NCBI GenBank assembly: GCA_051313645.2
Contig: JBNRSN020000005.1
Span: 167,958,001 to 168,022,000, forward strand
Direction: 5' to 3'
DNA from: Centroscyllium fabricii
Lineage: Eukaryota
Length of the DNA stretch: 64,000 nucleotides
A program made the position numbers and the translations under genes. Below are positions 1 through 11,293 of the stretch, one piece after another. The notes under the pieces were generated by a model. That model saw nothing but the letters and a program-made list of their open reading frames with translations. It searched no databases and was not told the origin of the DNA. Position 1 is the first letter of the stretch. Each line of letters opens with the position of its first letter.

Positions 1-724
1 AAATAGGATATATATCAAGTAGTGGCCATAATACCTGAAGATAACCATGAAGCAGAGAATTTTAATGACAGACTACCACTACCAAAATAACATACCTTTT
101 AACAATCCCAGCACATGAGCTATTTTTAATACTTATTTTTAACCATTAATATACCAAGATTCATTGTATATGTAAGGGAACAAATCCCATTATCAAAGGA
201 ATACAATCTATATCTGGTAGGAGTGCAGTGGAAGGGTCGGAAATTAAGCCAAGTCCTGGATACGCCAGATTCCAGCCTTCCATGGCAACTTCCATGGGGC
301 CTTGTTAAGGGCATAACCTCTGTCTGCCCAAAACAAGGCCCGGAGTTTAAGAGGTGTCATGGTTGGAGAGGGGGGCCCAGAGATCAGGAATTTCCCCCAG
401 GAGTCACTGGTACAGAAGGACGACAGCAGGCTAGTACATCAAGGGGAACCAGTAATACCAGCCTGCCAAACAGTGCAAATCAGGCCAACTTGGGGGCCCG
501 GGCTACAGCATGGTTTAGACCCCTGAAGAACAGAAGAATTTTGGCCAAATTTATTGGCCCCCTTATAGCCAAGAATTGTTATTTACTTGTGTGCTCATAG
601 TAAATGGCTACGGCCTATTTTATGCTAATAACAAAGTTAAAATTTCTGCCCATGGACTTCCTTTAGAATGAGTTTTCTGAATGTCTTGTTCCCTGCTGCC
701 TCAATAAGTGTTTCCATTAAGTAG

Positions 725-1015
725 CTGTGCCATATAAACCAAGAAGGTCCAACATTCAATGCACTATCTGTTTTGAGTTAGATGTTTTTAGCCAGGGCAT
801 CTGCAGGGCACCAGGGTTGACCTCAGTGCCATTGGATTAGTGAGGGGAAAAATGGGCTGATCCTGATCACCATCTAGTGATCCTACTGGAAGAGTGCATG
901 TGTAGATATTGGGTAAGAATACACTCGGATTCTGCTTTGACATCCCCCAAGGTCAAATAGTGCACTGGCTTTCATTATCAAAGCTCACACATGAATAATG
1001 GCCGCTTGGGAGAGG
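725..1015 (+). mobile_element. Old, degenerate SINE-like interspersed repeat
   Basis: Motifs such as gaaggtcc..., ctggaa(a)gtgc..tgtg and cacatgaataatgg recur in decayed form at ~8630-8880/13930-14030, 27380-27500/28855-28920, 29440-29600 and 39210-39350. Confidence 0.45.
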
Positions 1016-1181
1016 GGAATAACTGAATGAGAAAACTGGAAAAAAATGGATGGATAGATGAAAGGTCTGGCAGAATGATGAGGCAACCTGAGCAAGTGGT
1101 ACTAGCCCTATTTCCCTGCTCTGTGACTATATTTTAAACCTGTGGACACAATCCAACTATGATGGATTAACTCATACCATG

Positions 1182-1749
1182 GGCTTGACTATTCCAATGC
1201 ACTCCTAGCTGGCCTCCCACATTCTACCCTACATAAACTTGAGGCCATCCAAAACTCTGTTGCCTGTGTCCTAACTCGCACCAAAGTCCCATTCGCCCAT
1301 GGTCTCTGACCTACATTGGCTCTCGGTTAAGCAAAGCCTCAATTTCAAAATTCTCTTCTTGTTTTCAAATCCCTCCGTGGCCTCACCCCTCCCTACCTCT
1401 GTAATGTCCTTCAGCCTCACAACCCCCCCCCCCCCCCCCCGAGATATCTGTGCTCCTCAAATTCTGCCCTCTTGAGCATCCCTGCCAATAGCCGCTTCCC
1501 CATTGGTGGCTGTGCATCAACTGCCTAGGCCCTCAGCTCCAGAACTCCCTCCCTAAACCTTTCCCCCCTCCACCTCTCTTTCCTCCTTTAAGACGCGCTG
1601 TAAAATCGACCTCTTTGACCAAGCTTTTGGTCATCTGCCCTAATGTGGCTCAGTGCCAAATCATTGTCTTATAACACTCCTGTGAAGCGCCTTGAGATGT
1701 TTTACTATGTTAAAGGTGCTATATAAATACAAATTATTGTTGTTGTTGA
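1182..1749 (+). mobile_element. L2 LINE 3' fragment
   Basis: Degenerate LDYSNALLAGLP...LHWL RT C-terminus, L2-type 3' end (gtgaagcgccttg...gctatataaat) and (ttg)n tail; homologous to 14100-14878. Confidence 0.85.
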
Positions 1750-3025
1750 CAGGAGTCCAGTGACTTTCTGTTACAAACTGCTTGTGGAAATGCCTGCATG
1801 AGGGGAAGGGAGACACCCTGAAAGGGAGGGGAATTGTGCATTCTTCAGAATTTGGTTTCCATTGCTGGCCTATTGCCTGTTGCTAGTAGACACCCTCCTT
1901 TGCATACACATAAATATAAACTCTAAAGTGGAAAGATGCATGGCAAGCCACCAGACAGAAAATAGGTCGGAGATTATGGTAAAAAGGGGCACACAATGAG
2001 AATGTATTCTGAGCTTTTTCTCCCACACAAACTGCAAGGGTCATATGCAAGCAATTCACAGCTGTACACCAGATGGGTGCCAAACTGTTCCATGTTATAA
2101 TGCATATTGGCAATGTACATATGCACCATCTGTAATGTAGCATAACGTGCTATACTGTAGATCAATTAAAGAAAAGTTACAAAAAATGCTTAAGATGATA
2201 TTCCTTGATGTTGTCAGCACTGAACAAACTGATGTGTTAAGCAATGGTAGAAAGGTAAACCATGGACGGTCGGACAGTAGTTGATGATTAAAGTGCAACG
2301 GCAGATGGTAGAAAGAGGCTCCAGCATCTATTTTAAGCAAGGATAAACAAACATCTGTAAAGACTTGACAACAGCCAGAAAAACTTTCATTTTGTTAAAT
2401 GTGGAGAGCAGTTTCAAGTCTCTGCCTCAATAGTGCGAGGCTTATCTAACAAAACGTATGGGCCATTATCTGTATAACAGTGCCGGTAGATTGTGCCAAA
2501 GTAAATAAGTGTAGCAGCTGTGGGTTAGAATGCCTTACATTAAGATCATTTTCATGTGTGAGCAATTTTTCATTAATCTCTCAGCGGGTTTTTTGTTTCT
2601 TTTAGTATGAGATGCACAGCGACTATTCACAGGAAGGATGATTTTGGCATCTATGTCACAGAGATGCATGAAGGAGCCATTTGGATTCCTTATATCCTTT
2701 CAAACTGCACCAATCAATCTATGTGGCCATTACAATTCAGGAAATAATGACAGGGAAGAGAGATGGCTTAGGCTAAAATCTCGATGCACAAAGGAGGATT
2801 GATTGACGAAAATGTTATTTCTTCAAAGCTCAAAGGCATTCTGACCAGCAATGTGCGCTTTGGCCCAAATCTTTTTCAAAGTTTAGTTCTTAAAAAAGGA
2901 AGGGCACAACATCCAAAAATTTCAAAGCTCCATTTTCACATGAGCCACATGATGCATCACTTTGATTTTTGATGATGTGAATGCAACATGTTATACAGTG
3001 CTGCTTTCAGTATGTGTTCACTTGC

Positions 3026-3253
3026 CTTTGCTGCTGACTCTCCACAGTGGAGCTGCTGACTTCTCTGCAGTTCTGCTATTAATGTTATTCGATAAACTTA
3101 AATGTCGATGCTTGAAGACAGATATAAGGGAGCTGAATGCCATGAGTCCCTCAGCAGACGGAAATACACCTTTACCATCAAACAGCACGCCAGAGATGAT
3201 TAAATCAGTTGGAATTTCACCTCCACCAAGTCTTTTTACCGCTTTGTCACCAA
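3026..3253 (-). CDS. Candidate host coding exon (228 nt, phase 1-1), product unidentified
   Basis: Non-repetitive open frame GDKAVKRLGGGEIPTDLIISGVLFDGKGVFPSAEGLMAFSSLISVFKHRHLSLSNNINSRTAEKSAAPLWRVSSK between a ttgaacag acceptor and an AAAG|gcaagt GC-type donor; weak pyrimidine tract. Confidence 0.3.
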
Positions 3254-4105
3254 CTGTTCAATAATCACATTATAAATACGTTAATGTTTACTATTTGGAC
3301 ATTTCAAATGACACGTTTTTGCTAACACACCAACAGAGATCGCAATGCTACACAAATCATACCTATAGGTATTTTTCTTTTAAAGAATGGAATTTGAAAA
3401 ATCCTACTTAGAATATGCCTGAGGAAACAGATAATATCCATGCATACAGGGAATCAAGAATAGTAAAAATTACAAGCTACAAATAGTTGGCACCAAAGTT
3501 ATTGATTCCTTTCCATACTCCTATACAAGTTGGGGGTATAGTGTGTTCTTCATCTAACTAAAAGGTTCACTGGCCTGGTTTTATGCAAAATAACAAACCC
3601 AAATCAAGATGGTGGGTGCATGCTATTTTGGTCCCAAGTTCTGAATTTGATAGTGCGACTGAAAAGACGCCAATTGCTTTCATACTCTCCGAGCACTGAA
3701 CTGGTATATTAAGATAGCTAAATGGCAAATGATTCATTTGTCTAACCATGGAGTGCGCAAAACTTTCTAAAGTTGGTGAATAAGTAGGAAAGCCCATTTC
3801 ATGGTCAAGACATCAAGTTCCTGATGAACAACATCTGGAAAGAAATGCTAAACTTTTCAGACAACCCACAGACTTGCATCAGAGCTGAAAAGCATGGCAG
3901 AAAATTGCTGACCAGGTGAGCTCAGGGTTATCCACTAGAAGGACCCAGGAGAAGGTCCAGAAGAAGCTGTACAACTTAGTGTTAGTTGTGGCTCAGTTGG
4001 CAGTGCTTTTACCTCTGAGTCAGAAGGTTGTGGGTTCAAGTTCCACTCAAAAATCAAGGCTGACACTCCAGTGCAGTGCTGAGGGAGTGCTACACTGCTG
4101 GAGGT

Positions 4106-4242
4106 CAACGTTCCCTATAAACTGCACGACCATTCAGCTCTCTGCCGGTCCTGCACAGCCTGGGGCTGGCTTTTTCAATGTTAAGTTTCACGAATGAACA
4201 AAACTCTGAATGGGCTGCAAAACAAAATAAGAGGGAACATTG
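4106..4242. mobile_element. 137-bp hAT-like MITE
   Basis: TIR caacgttccct/agggaacattg (10/11 match); imperfect 8-bp TSD ctggaggt/tcggaggt; the SINE resumes after it. Confidence 0.7.
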
Positions 4243-4404
4243 TCGGAGGTGCTGTTTCTAGGATGAGACATTAAACTGATGGCCTGTCTACTGTCTAAGG
4301 TGGATGTAAAAGATCCTATGAGGCTATTTCAAAAACGAGCAGGGAAGTTATCCTAGTATCTTGACCAATATGTATCCCTTAGTCAACATCACTAAAACAG
4401 ATTG

Positions 4405-4765
4405 CTACAGGGCTAGACAGAGTAGATGCTGGGAGGATGTTTCCCCTGGCTGGGGAGTCTAGAACCAGGGGTCACAGTCTCAGAATAAGGGGTCGACCAT
4501 TTGGGACTGAGATGAGGAGAAATTTCTTCACTCAGAGGGTGGTGAATCTTTGGAATTCTCTACCCCAGAGGGCAGTGGAGGCTCAGTCGTTTAGTATAAT
4601 CAAGACAGAGATCAATAGATTTTTGAATATTAAGGGAATCAAGGGATATGGGGATAGTGTAGGAAAGTGGAGATGAAATCGAAGATCAGCCATGATCTTA
4701 ATGAATGTCGGAGCAGGCTTGAGGGGCCGAATGGCCGACTCCTGCTCCTATTTCTTATGCTCTTA
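4405..4765 (+). mobile_element. CR1/HER1-like LINE 3' fragment
   Basis: MFPLAGESRTRGHSLRIRGRPF...RNFFTQRVVNLWNSLP; 3' UTR ending ctcctgctcctatttcttatg. Confidence 0.9.
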
Positions 4766-5133
4766 TTATCTGGTCATTATCACATTGCTGTTTGTGGGAG
4801 CTTACTGTGCGCAAATTGGCTGATGCATTTCCTACATTACAACAGTGACTACACTTCAAAAAGTATTTCCTTGGCAGGGAAGCACGTCAGGACATCCTGA
4901 GGTGGTGAAATGCACGATATAAAAATGCAAGTCTTTCTTCTTTCTTTAAAAGGAAAAAGCAGGAGTATTTACAGGTATTGTGTCTTAAAATGGACTTGAA
5001 AGACAAGCATGATAGAATGTTTTTCATGTGGCATGTTAAAGATCTAAATGAAATAAATGCAATCTTCACACAATCAGGTAACTGAATAAAAGGTTGAATT
5101 TTGCGTTAGTGCTACTGTGTAGTAGAAGGATAT

Positions 5134-5860
5134 TGTAGCGTAGCCACCCATGAGAGACATCCGATCTCTCGGACACAGAAACCACCTTTCCCGAACGGGC
5201 CCACCATTGGATGAGTTAGGTCAACGGTTACAGTCCCTGACTGGTCCGAAGGGCTGTCACTCAAGAGCCGCACAGTGCTTTGTGTTTTTGTGCCATTTTC
5301 CAGCAGTTCTGCGTGGATGAAGTTGAATAAAGACTTGTTTGATTTTGCTCTGCTGTTTTCCTCCGTTTCTTAATATTTAAAGAGTGGGAAACTACTGTTC
5401 CCCACAATTGGTGACCCCGAATGTCAGACATAGAAAATGCTGACCCAAACATGCCCGCTGCGGCCGACCAGAACAAACGGCCGTCGACTACTAGTCTCCC
5501 TGCCTTTTGGGAACACCAAGCAGCCACTTGGTTCATTCAAACGGAGGCACAGTTTCGATTACGATGCATCACTCAAGACCGCTATCTCCTCGTCGTTGCA
5601 GCCCTGCCGAGGAACATCGTCGCTGACATTGTCAACCTTCTCCGTGACCCGCCGCCAGCCGACAGGTACGCTGCCATCAAGAAGCAACTGCTTCAGGCCC
5701 ACGACCTACCGGAGGCCGTGCGGTTCTCGGTGATTCCACGCCCACACGCTTAATGAACCGTATGCTCGCCCTGCTTGGTGACCAAAAGGACTGCCCCTTG
5801 TTCAGGGCACTCTTCATCAACCTACTTCCACAGCCGGTGCAATCCGCGTTAGCGAACATT
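5134..5860 (+). mobile_element. Truncated CsRn1-like Gypsy element: 5' LTR (5134-5406), tRNA-Trp PBS, partial gag
   Basis: TG...CA LTR; PBS tggtgaccccga at 5409-5420; gag LPAFWEHQAATWFIQTEAQF; sequence breaks off at ~5860. Confidence 0.8.
5421..5860 (+). pseudogene. gag: Gypsy gag remnant (frameshifted, truncated)
   Basis: ORF 5421-5753 and the start of ORF 5753-6022 resemble the gag of the 15731-27105 element. Confidence 0.7.
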
Positions 5861-5861
5861 A

Positions 5862-6673
5862 AAGGCGGGGTTTTCGGCGGCCCATCCGGAAAGATAGTGG
5901 AAGCGTCAGGTCCCGCCCCTCCCCACCGTATCCCTGCCACTTTCTCATTTTCCCCCGGCCAGATTCCCCGCCCCGAAACCTTCCTGCCGCCGGCCGGCGG
6001 GGATGGGTTGTCACCTTGTTAAGGGCCCTTAATTGGCATCTTTAATGCCATTTTAAGGGCTCTCAGCCATTTTGCCCTGTTTCCCGCCCTAGCCCCGCCA
6101 CCCTAAACACTGCTGGGTGAAACCCAGCAGGAGCACAGCGCTGGTTATTACTGTTGGACTATAACCTGGTGTTGTGTGACTTCTTGCATTTATAACTTTC
6201 TCCTTCAAGGTGTGAAGGACATGCTGCCAAATGCTTGGCATGCCTCCAGCACCTTAGAGGAGTAAGTAACTCCGTTCTGGCTGCAGCAGCAGCTTTGAGC
6301 AGAAACTGAGAAATCTCAGTTCTGCACAGCTCCTGACAGATGCTGCGAGTTGTGAGGGATTCTGAGCCCACCCACCCACCTGTCAGTCACCACCACTTGG
6401 CCTTTCCCATTGGCTGCACACCACTGTGATGTCACAGTGGAGTGTTTCCATGGGAACTGACAACAATCAGTGCTGGAACTGTCAATCAAACTGCTCGCAA
6501 CCCCGCTGCAGCCCGACTCGATTGACCTAATTACCTCCCACTGCCGCCGACGGTGATTTAACAACATAATTAAACTAAAATTGCGTGGCCTTCCCAGCTG
6601 TTTGGGCGGGCAGGGCCGGAGGCGGCCCAGACCAATCCCCACCAGGTTCCCGCCCTTCCGGCAAAATCCCCCC
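5862..6673 (-). mobile_element. Harbinger-like MITE, one end lost; same family as 27527-28760
   Basis: Reverse complement of 27527-28760 without the SINE insert; surviving end ggcaaaatccccc. Confidence 0.8.
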
Positions 6674-7995
6674 TCTGTGTCTACTTTATCAAATTCTTTC
6701 ATAATTTTAAAGATCGCTAATATATCAAACCTCAGCACTCTCTTTTCAAGAGAAAAGAGGCCCAGCCTGTTCATTCTTTTCTGATAGGCATAACTTCGCA
6801 ATTTTGGCATCATCCATATAAATCTTTTTTGCACCATCTCCAGTGCCTCTATGTCCTTTTTATAATACGGTGACTAGAAATGCACACCACACTCCAAGTG
6901 TGGTCCAACCAAGGTTCGATACAGGTTGAGCACCGTTATACTGGCACGGGCGGGACTAAGCCCGCGCCGGTATAATTAAAAAACCGGCAGACTGAAGCCC
7001 GCCATTCAAAATGTCCGCGCGCATGTGCACAACATTGGAAATGGCCGCCGAACATTCAAAATATCAGATCATTTCATCCAGAACTTTGCTGTTTGTATCC
7101 TTGTTTGTCCATCATTGACCTGCATTGGCACCAAGTTTCCCAGTGCTCACACTTAAAATTCTAACCTCCGTATTTAAATCTCTTCACGGGCTCACCCCTC
7201 CCTATCTCGGTAATCTCCACCAACCCCACAACCATTCATTTCTGCCCCTTAACTATTAGGACGTAAGCAACAAATTTATGTAGGGTGGAGCTCGGAAGGT
7301 TGGCAAGATGAATTTTGGAGAAATTGAGCTTTGAGGTGAAAAAAGTGTGTTTAAGGGTTTCAGGGATGGTAGGCGAGCCACCGCGCCCTGACGTCCTGGA
7401 AGGCCCAGCTCATCCAGCGGCCGTTTTGAATGATCTGCGCATGCGCTCGCCGTTCAGCGGCACATGCGCAGATCATTCAAAACTTCCGGCAGACTGGGCT
7501 CTGCTGCTCTCTCTCGCCTGTCATCTCCTGTAATCTGCTCGCCCCGACTGCCCTGCGCATGTGCAAAATTGCAGCCGCGATCGAGGCTTCGGCGAATGAT
7601 CTGCGCATGCGCCGCCAAATGGCGAGCGCATGTGCAAATCATTCACCGAAGCCTCGATCGCAGCAGCCATTTTGTGCATGCACAGGGCAGTCGGGGCGAT
7701 TTGTCCCAGAAGACTGAAGTTGCCGGCTTTTCCGTTACCGGATTAACGGTGCTCAACCTGTACAAGTTTAGCATAACTTCTCTACTTTTCAATTCTATCT
7801 CCCTAGGAATAAACCCTAGTGCTTGGTTTACTTTTGTTATGGCCTTATTGACCTGCATCAGAACTTTTAGTGATTTGTGTATTTGTGCTCCCAGATCCCT
7901 TTGCTCCTCTACCCCATTTAGATTCTTTATTTTCTAAGTTATATGTGACCTCCTTATTTTTCTTGCAAAATTGTAATACCTCACACTTATCTGGA
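6674..7995 (-). mobile_element. Older CR1-like LINE fragment interrupted by a MITE
   Basis: QKRFIWMMP...RLGLFSLEKR and KAITKVNQALGFI...SREVMLNLY, DKCEVLQF. Confidence 0.8.
6922..7760. mobile_element. Tc1/mariner (Tigger/pogo-like) MITE containing an L2 fragment and nested hairpins
   Basis: Perfect 17-bp TIR caggttgagcaccgtta/taacggtgctcaacctg; TA TSD at 6920-6921 and 7761-7762. Confidence 0.85.
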
Positions 7996-8169
7996 GTTTT
8001 GTTTGACACTTTTGGGTGGAAGTAGGCATCATAGAAAACATTGACAACAAGTTCCCTTAGTTGATTAAAGGGTGAGATAAAATCCGTGATAGGGCACCTT
8101 GTACACGGTGACTGCAAGGATCAGGCCAAAAGATAGTATTGTTCCGTACCTTCTAATATTGTTGTGTTT

Positions 8170-8520
8170 ACAATGATAAAAGGATTTGACAGGGTAGATA
8201 CAGAGAAACTATTTCCTCTGGTGGGGGAATCCAGAACAAAGAGGCATAATTTTTAAATTGGAACTGGGCCAGTTAAGAGTGAAATCAGGAAGCATTTTTT
8301 TCACACTAAGTGTAGTGGAAATCAGGAACTCTCTCCCCCAACAGATTGTGGATCATGGTTAAATGATATTGTCAAGACTGAGATCGATAGATTTTTTTGG
8401 GTAAGGGTATCGCTGGATATGGTGCAACGGCGGGTAAATGGAGTTGAGGTACAGATCAGCCATGATCTCACAGAATGGCGGAACAGGCTTGAGGGGCTTA
8501 ATGGCCTCCTGTGTTCCCTG
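8170..8520 (+). mobile_element. CR1 3' fragment
   Basis: ggatttgacagggtagat...gaatccagaaca...cagatcagccatgatctc...aatggcctcct. Confidence 0.75.
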
Positions 8521-11112
8521 GTTAGAGGCTTCATTCCAAATGGTTGTCCTTGTAATTTTAGCGAGCAGTCAGGTCAATACATAGATTTCAAAAGTTACCT
8601 TGAAGGCTCAGTGAGCATATGTGCTTCATGATACTGAGTCATATATACCAGGAAACTTCCAGGGTGCTGCCTCTGGTCAGGCTGTCAGAGTACAAATACA
8701 CAAATCACTAAAGGTTGTGAGGCTACAATTGACATCACTGTCCCCTGGCTAGGGAAAGCAAATCAGGCAGAACTGTTGCATTTGAATGCTGTGTAGTGGC
8801 TCCTTCCAGAAACTACACATGTTTAGATATCAGGTGAAGACAGCAGTGGGCTTGGAATGTTGAACTATTTGCTAATGTCCATGTTGTGACTCCTAGCGCT
8901 CGTAGTGCTTTGTAAAGATGACTCTGGACTCAGTAGTTTGATTTTGTTATCTTGGTACTTTACTTAGATTACAAATGGCTGCTCCTTCATGGTGTGGGGT
9001 GATACCTTACACTGCCTGTGAGACGGCTGCAGCACTTCTTTTCCAGCACCGTAGTGCTGCTGTTTGGTTTAGGTGTTAGTGCACTTGTATAAAGTAGTCC
9101 CACAAATAACTATGTAACATCCCTCTTTCCCAACAAAACTAATTACATCAATTTCTATATTACAAATGTTTACAGCTAACTAACATTAACGAACTACAGA
9201 AACATGAGCTTTGTTTGCTCATTTTATATACAGATATTTGTCCATGTTCTTTTATTGTTTCGTGCGAATTATAATTGTCTTATATAATTATTCGCGATAC
9301 CGCTCAGGTGGTTGTATGTTACTCCTCCATCTTGTGGACATGGCTACAACTATTGCTTTCTGCGGTATTTCGGTGTGTTCTTTTCTTGTTTTCGGTGCTG
9401 TCGTGTTTTGCTCAGCAGAGTGCATGTTCGCAGTTGTTGTTTTTGCTGTGTTTGTTTCTGGCGTTATATTGTTGTCTGTGTCTGGCATCATATCTGCTGT
9501 TAATGTTGTCTGCTGTTTGGCCACTTCAGGTGAGGGCCTGATATGGATCCTGTTTCTCCTGTATTGGTTCCCAGGTTCTGTCTCTACCAAGTAGGATCTT
9601 GGAGTGTCAGCTTTTCCAATAACCTTGGCTGGACTCCATGTTTTTGACAACGGATCTTGTATGTGCACTGACTGTCCATTTATCAGCTCCGGTAGTAGTT
9701 TTGCATGCTTGTTATAGTGTGTGCTCCCCGTAGCTTGTGTTTCCATCAGCTTCTGCCGAACGACATCTTGGTCCTGGGGAGGGTATATCTTTGCTGGTAG
9801 AGTTGTTCTGTATCTTCTACCGTTCAATAGTTCTGCTGGTGACTTTGAGTCTGTTCTCAAGGGTGTTGATCTGAGTGCCAAAAGGGCAAGTTCTTGGTCC
9901 TCTTCCATCTCCTTGCTTTTAATGAGAGCTCTTTTGACTGTTTGGACCTGCCTTTCAATAAAACTGTGGCCCCTTGGGTAATGTGGGGATGAGGTTATTA
10001 TTTTAAATCAGTATTTTCCAGCGAGTGCTCTGAATTCGCTGGAGGTGAATTGTGTCCCATTGTCGCAGATGACCTTCTCTGGGGTGCCCTGTTCTGTGAA
10101 TACGTTTTTCGCAATTTTTGTGATTGTTGTGGCTCTCATGTCGTTTATCCTTCTGACAAAAGGAAATTTTGAGTAGTAGTCTGCTACTATGATGTACCAC
10201 TCATAGTTGCAAATGAACAGGTCTGCTCCAACCCAGTGATATGGTCTTGGGGGTACTTGCATTCAAATCATCTCCTTCTGCTGTGTGTTTCGGTATTTCT
10301 GGCATATGCTGCATGTGGAGACCATTTGTTCTATGCTTTTGTACATGCCTATCCAGTACACCGCTGATCTGGCTCTTAGTTTACATTTCTCCATCCCCAT
10401 ATGGCCTTGGTGTATTAAGCAGAGAAGTTCCGTTTGCATCGTTCTTGGTATTATGATTCTTGATCCAGCGAGGAGAACACCATCCTCCACCGAGATGTCA
10501 TCTCTGATTGTTCAGTGTTGTCGGATTTGGTTTTGGACCTGCTGGATCCTCTCCGGCCATCCCTGTATTACCTGTTGCATGAGTAGTTGTAACTCGTCAT
10601 CTTTACCAGTCTCCTCTTGGATTTGGCTAAGCTTTGTGGGGGTAACATTTATGAGGTGGTGTATTTTTACTGTCAGGCCCTTCATCCCATGTTTTTCGTG
10701 TGGTGATAATCGAGACAATTTACCTGCCAGTACCATTTCTTTTCCTGGCCGATATTTTAACTCAAAGTCGTAACTTTGGAGTCTTAGCAGTAACCTTTGC
10801 AGTCCTGCTTAGGTTTTTCTTGTAAATTTGTTCGAGTAGACAACGGTCACTCTCTACCTCGAATTTTCTTCCATATAAGTAGGTGTGGAACTTTTCGCAT
10901 CCGTATACTACTGCCAATAGCTCTCTTCCGATGTTTGCGTATCTTGTCTCTGTTGATGTCAATGCTTTCGATGCGAAAGCTATTGGTTTTCCTTCCTGTA
11001 CAAGAGCTGCCCCTAGCCCTCTGGTAGAGGCATCTATGACAGTTTTTTTTCTATCATAATCAGACAGGCTGGTTTCTTTACATAATAGTTCCTTTAGGTG
11101 TTTGAAGTTCCT

Positions 11113-11293
11113 GTGATGTGGAGGTGCCGGTTGGACAGTTGGAAAGATTACATTGTTCTCTCCCTCTATATATGCTGTGTTTAAATGAATCTCTTTTAGA
11201 TACACCTGATGAAGGAGCTACGTTCTGAAAGCTTGTGATTTCAAATAAAACTGTTGGACTATAATCTGCTGTTGTGTGGCTTCTTACATTTGC
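11113..11293 (+). mobile_element. Penelope-like pLTR fragment with inverted 5' segment, inserted in Gypsy pol
   Basis: 7-bp TSD agttcct; matches the 38623-38748 arm; the first ~25 nt are the reverse complement of the pLTR 3' end. Confidence 0.8.
11203..11237 (+). ncRNA. Minimal hammerhead ribozyme motif (Penelope type)
   Basis: CAC-CTGATGA-A-GGAGC-TAC-GTTCT-GAAA-GCTT-GTG; stem II weakened to G-U pairs. Confidence 0.6.

Larger units (their letters stand above)
3988..4947 (+). mobile_element. tRNA-derived Deu-type SINE with L2-like tail, interrupted by a MITE and a CR1 fragment
   Basis: Box A/B-like head (gtggctcagttgg...gggttcaagttcc), body matching the copy at 28926-29365, tail aaatgcaagtctttcttc. 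Confidence 0.8.

Noticed and set aside
126-600. ORFs 126-314 and 223-600 as genes or a DIRS remnant
   Set aside because: No recognisable motif; other frames contain stops; similarity too vague to support
1424-1440. Poly-C tract
   Set aside because: Expansion at a C-rich position of L2, also C-rich in the 14100 copy; homopolymer length is unreliable
2590-2750. Strong acceptor followed by a PDZ-like peptide (DDFGIYVTEMHEGA)
   Set aside because: No convincing donor, and the rest of the frame is not PDZ-like
2962-3264. 100-aa plus-strand ORF
   Set aside because: Non-ATG start and no homology recognised; more likely the antisense shadow of the candidate minus-strand exon
3820-3850. ctgatga...gaaa as a hammerhead ribozyme
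   Set aside because: No stem II or stem I pairing
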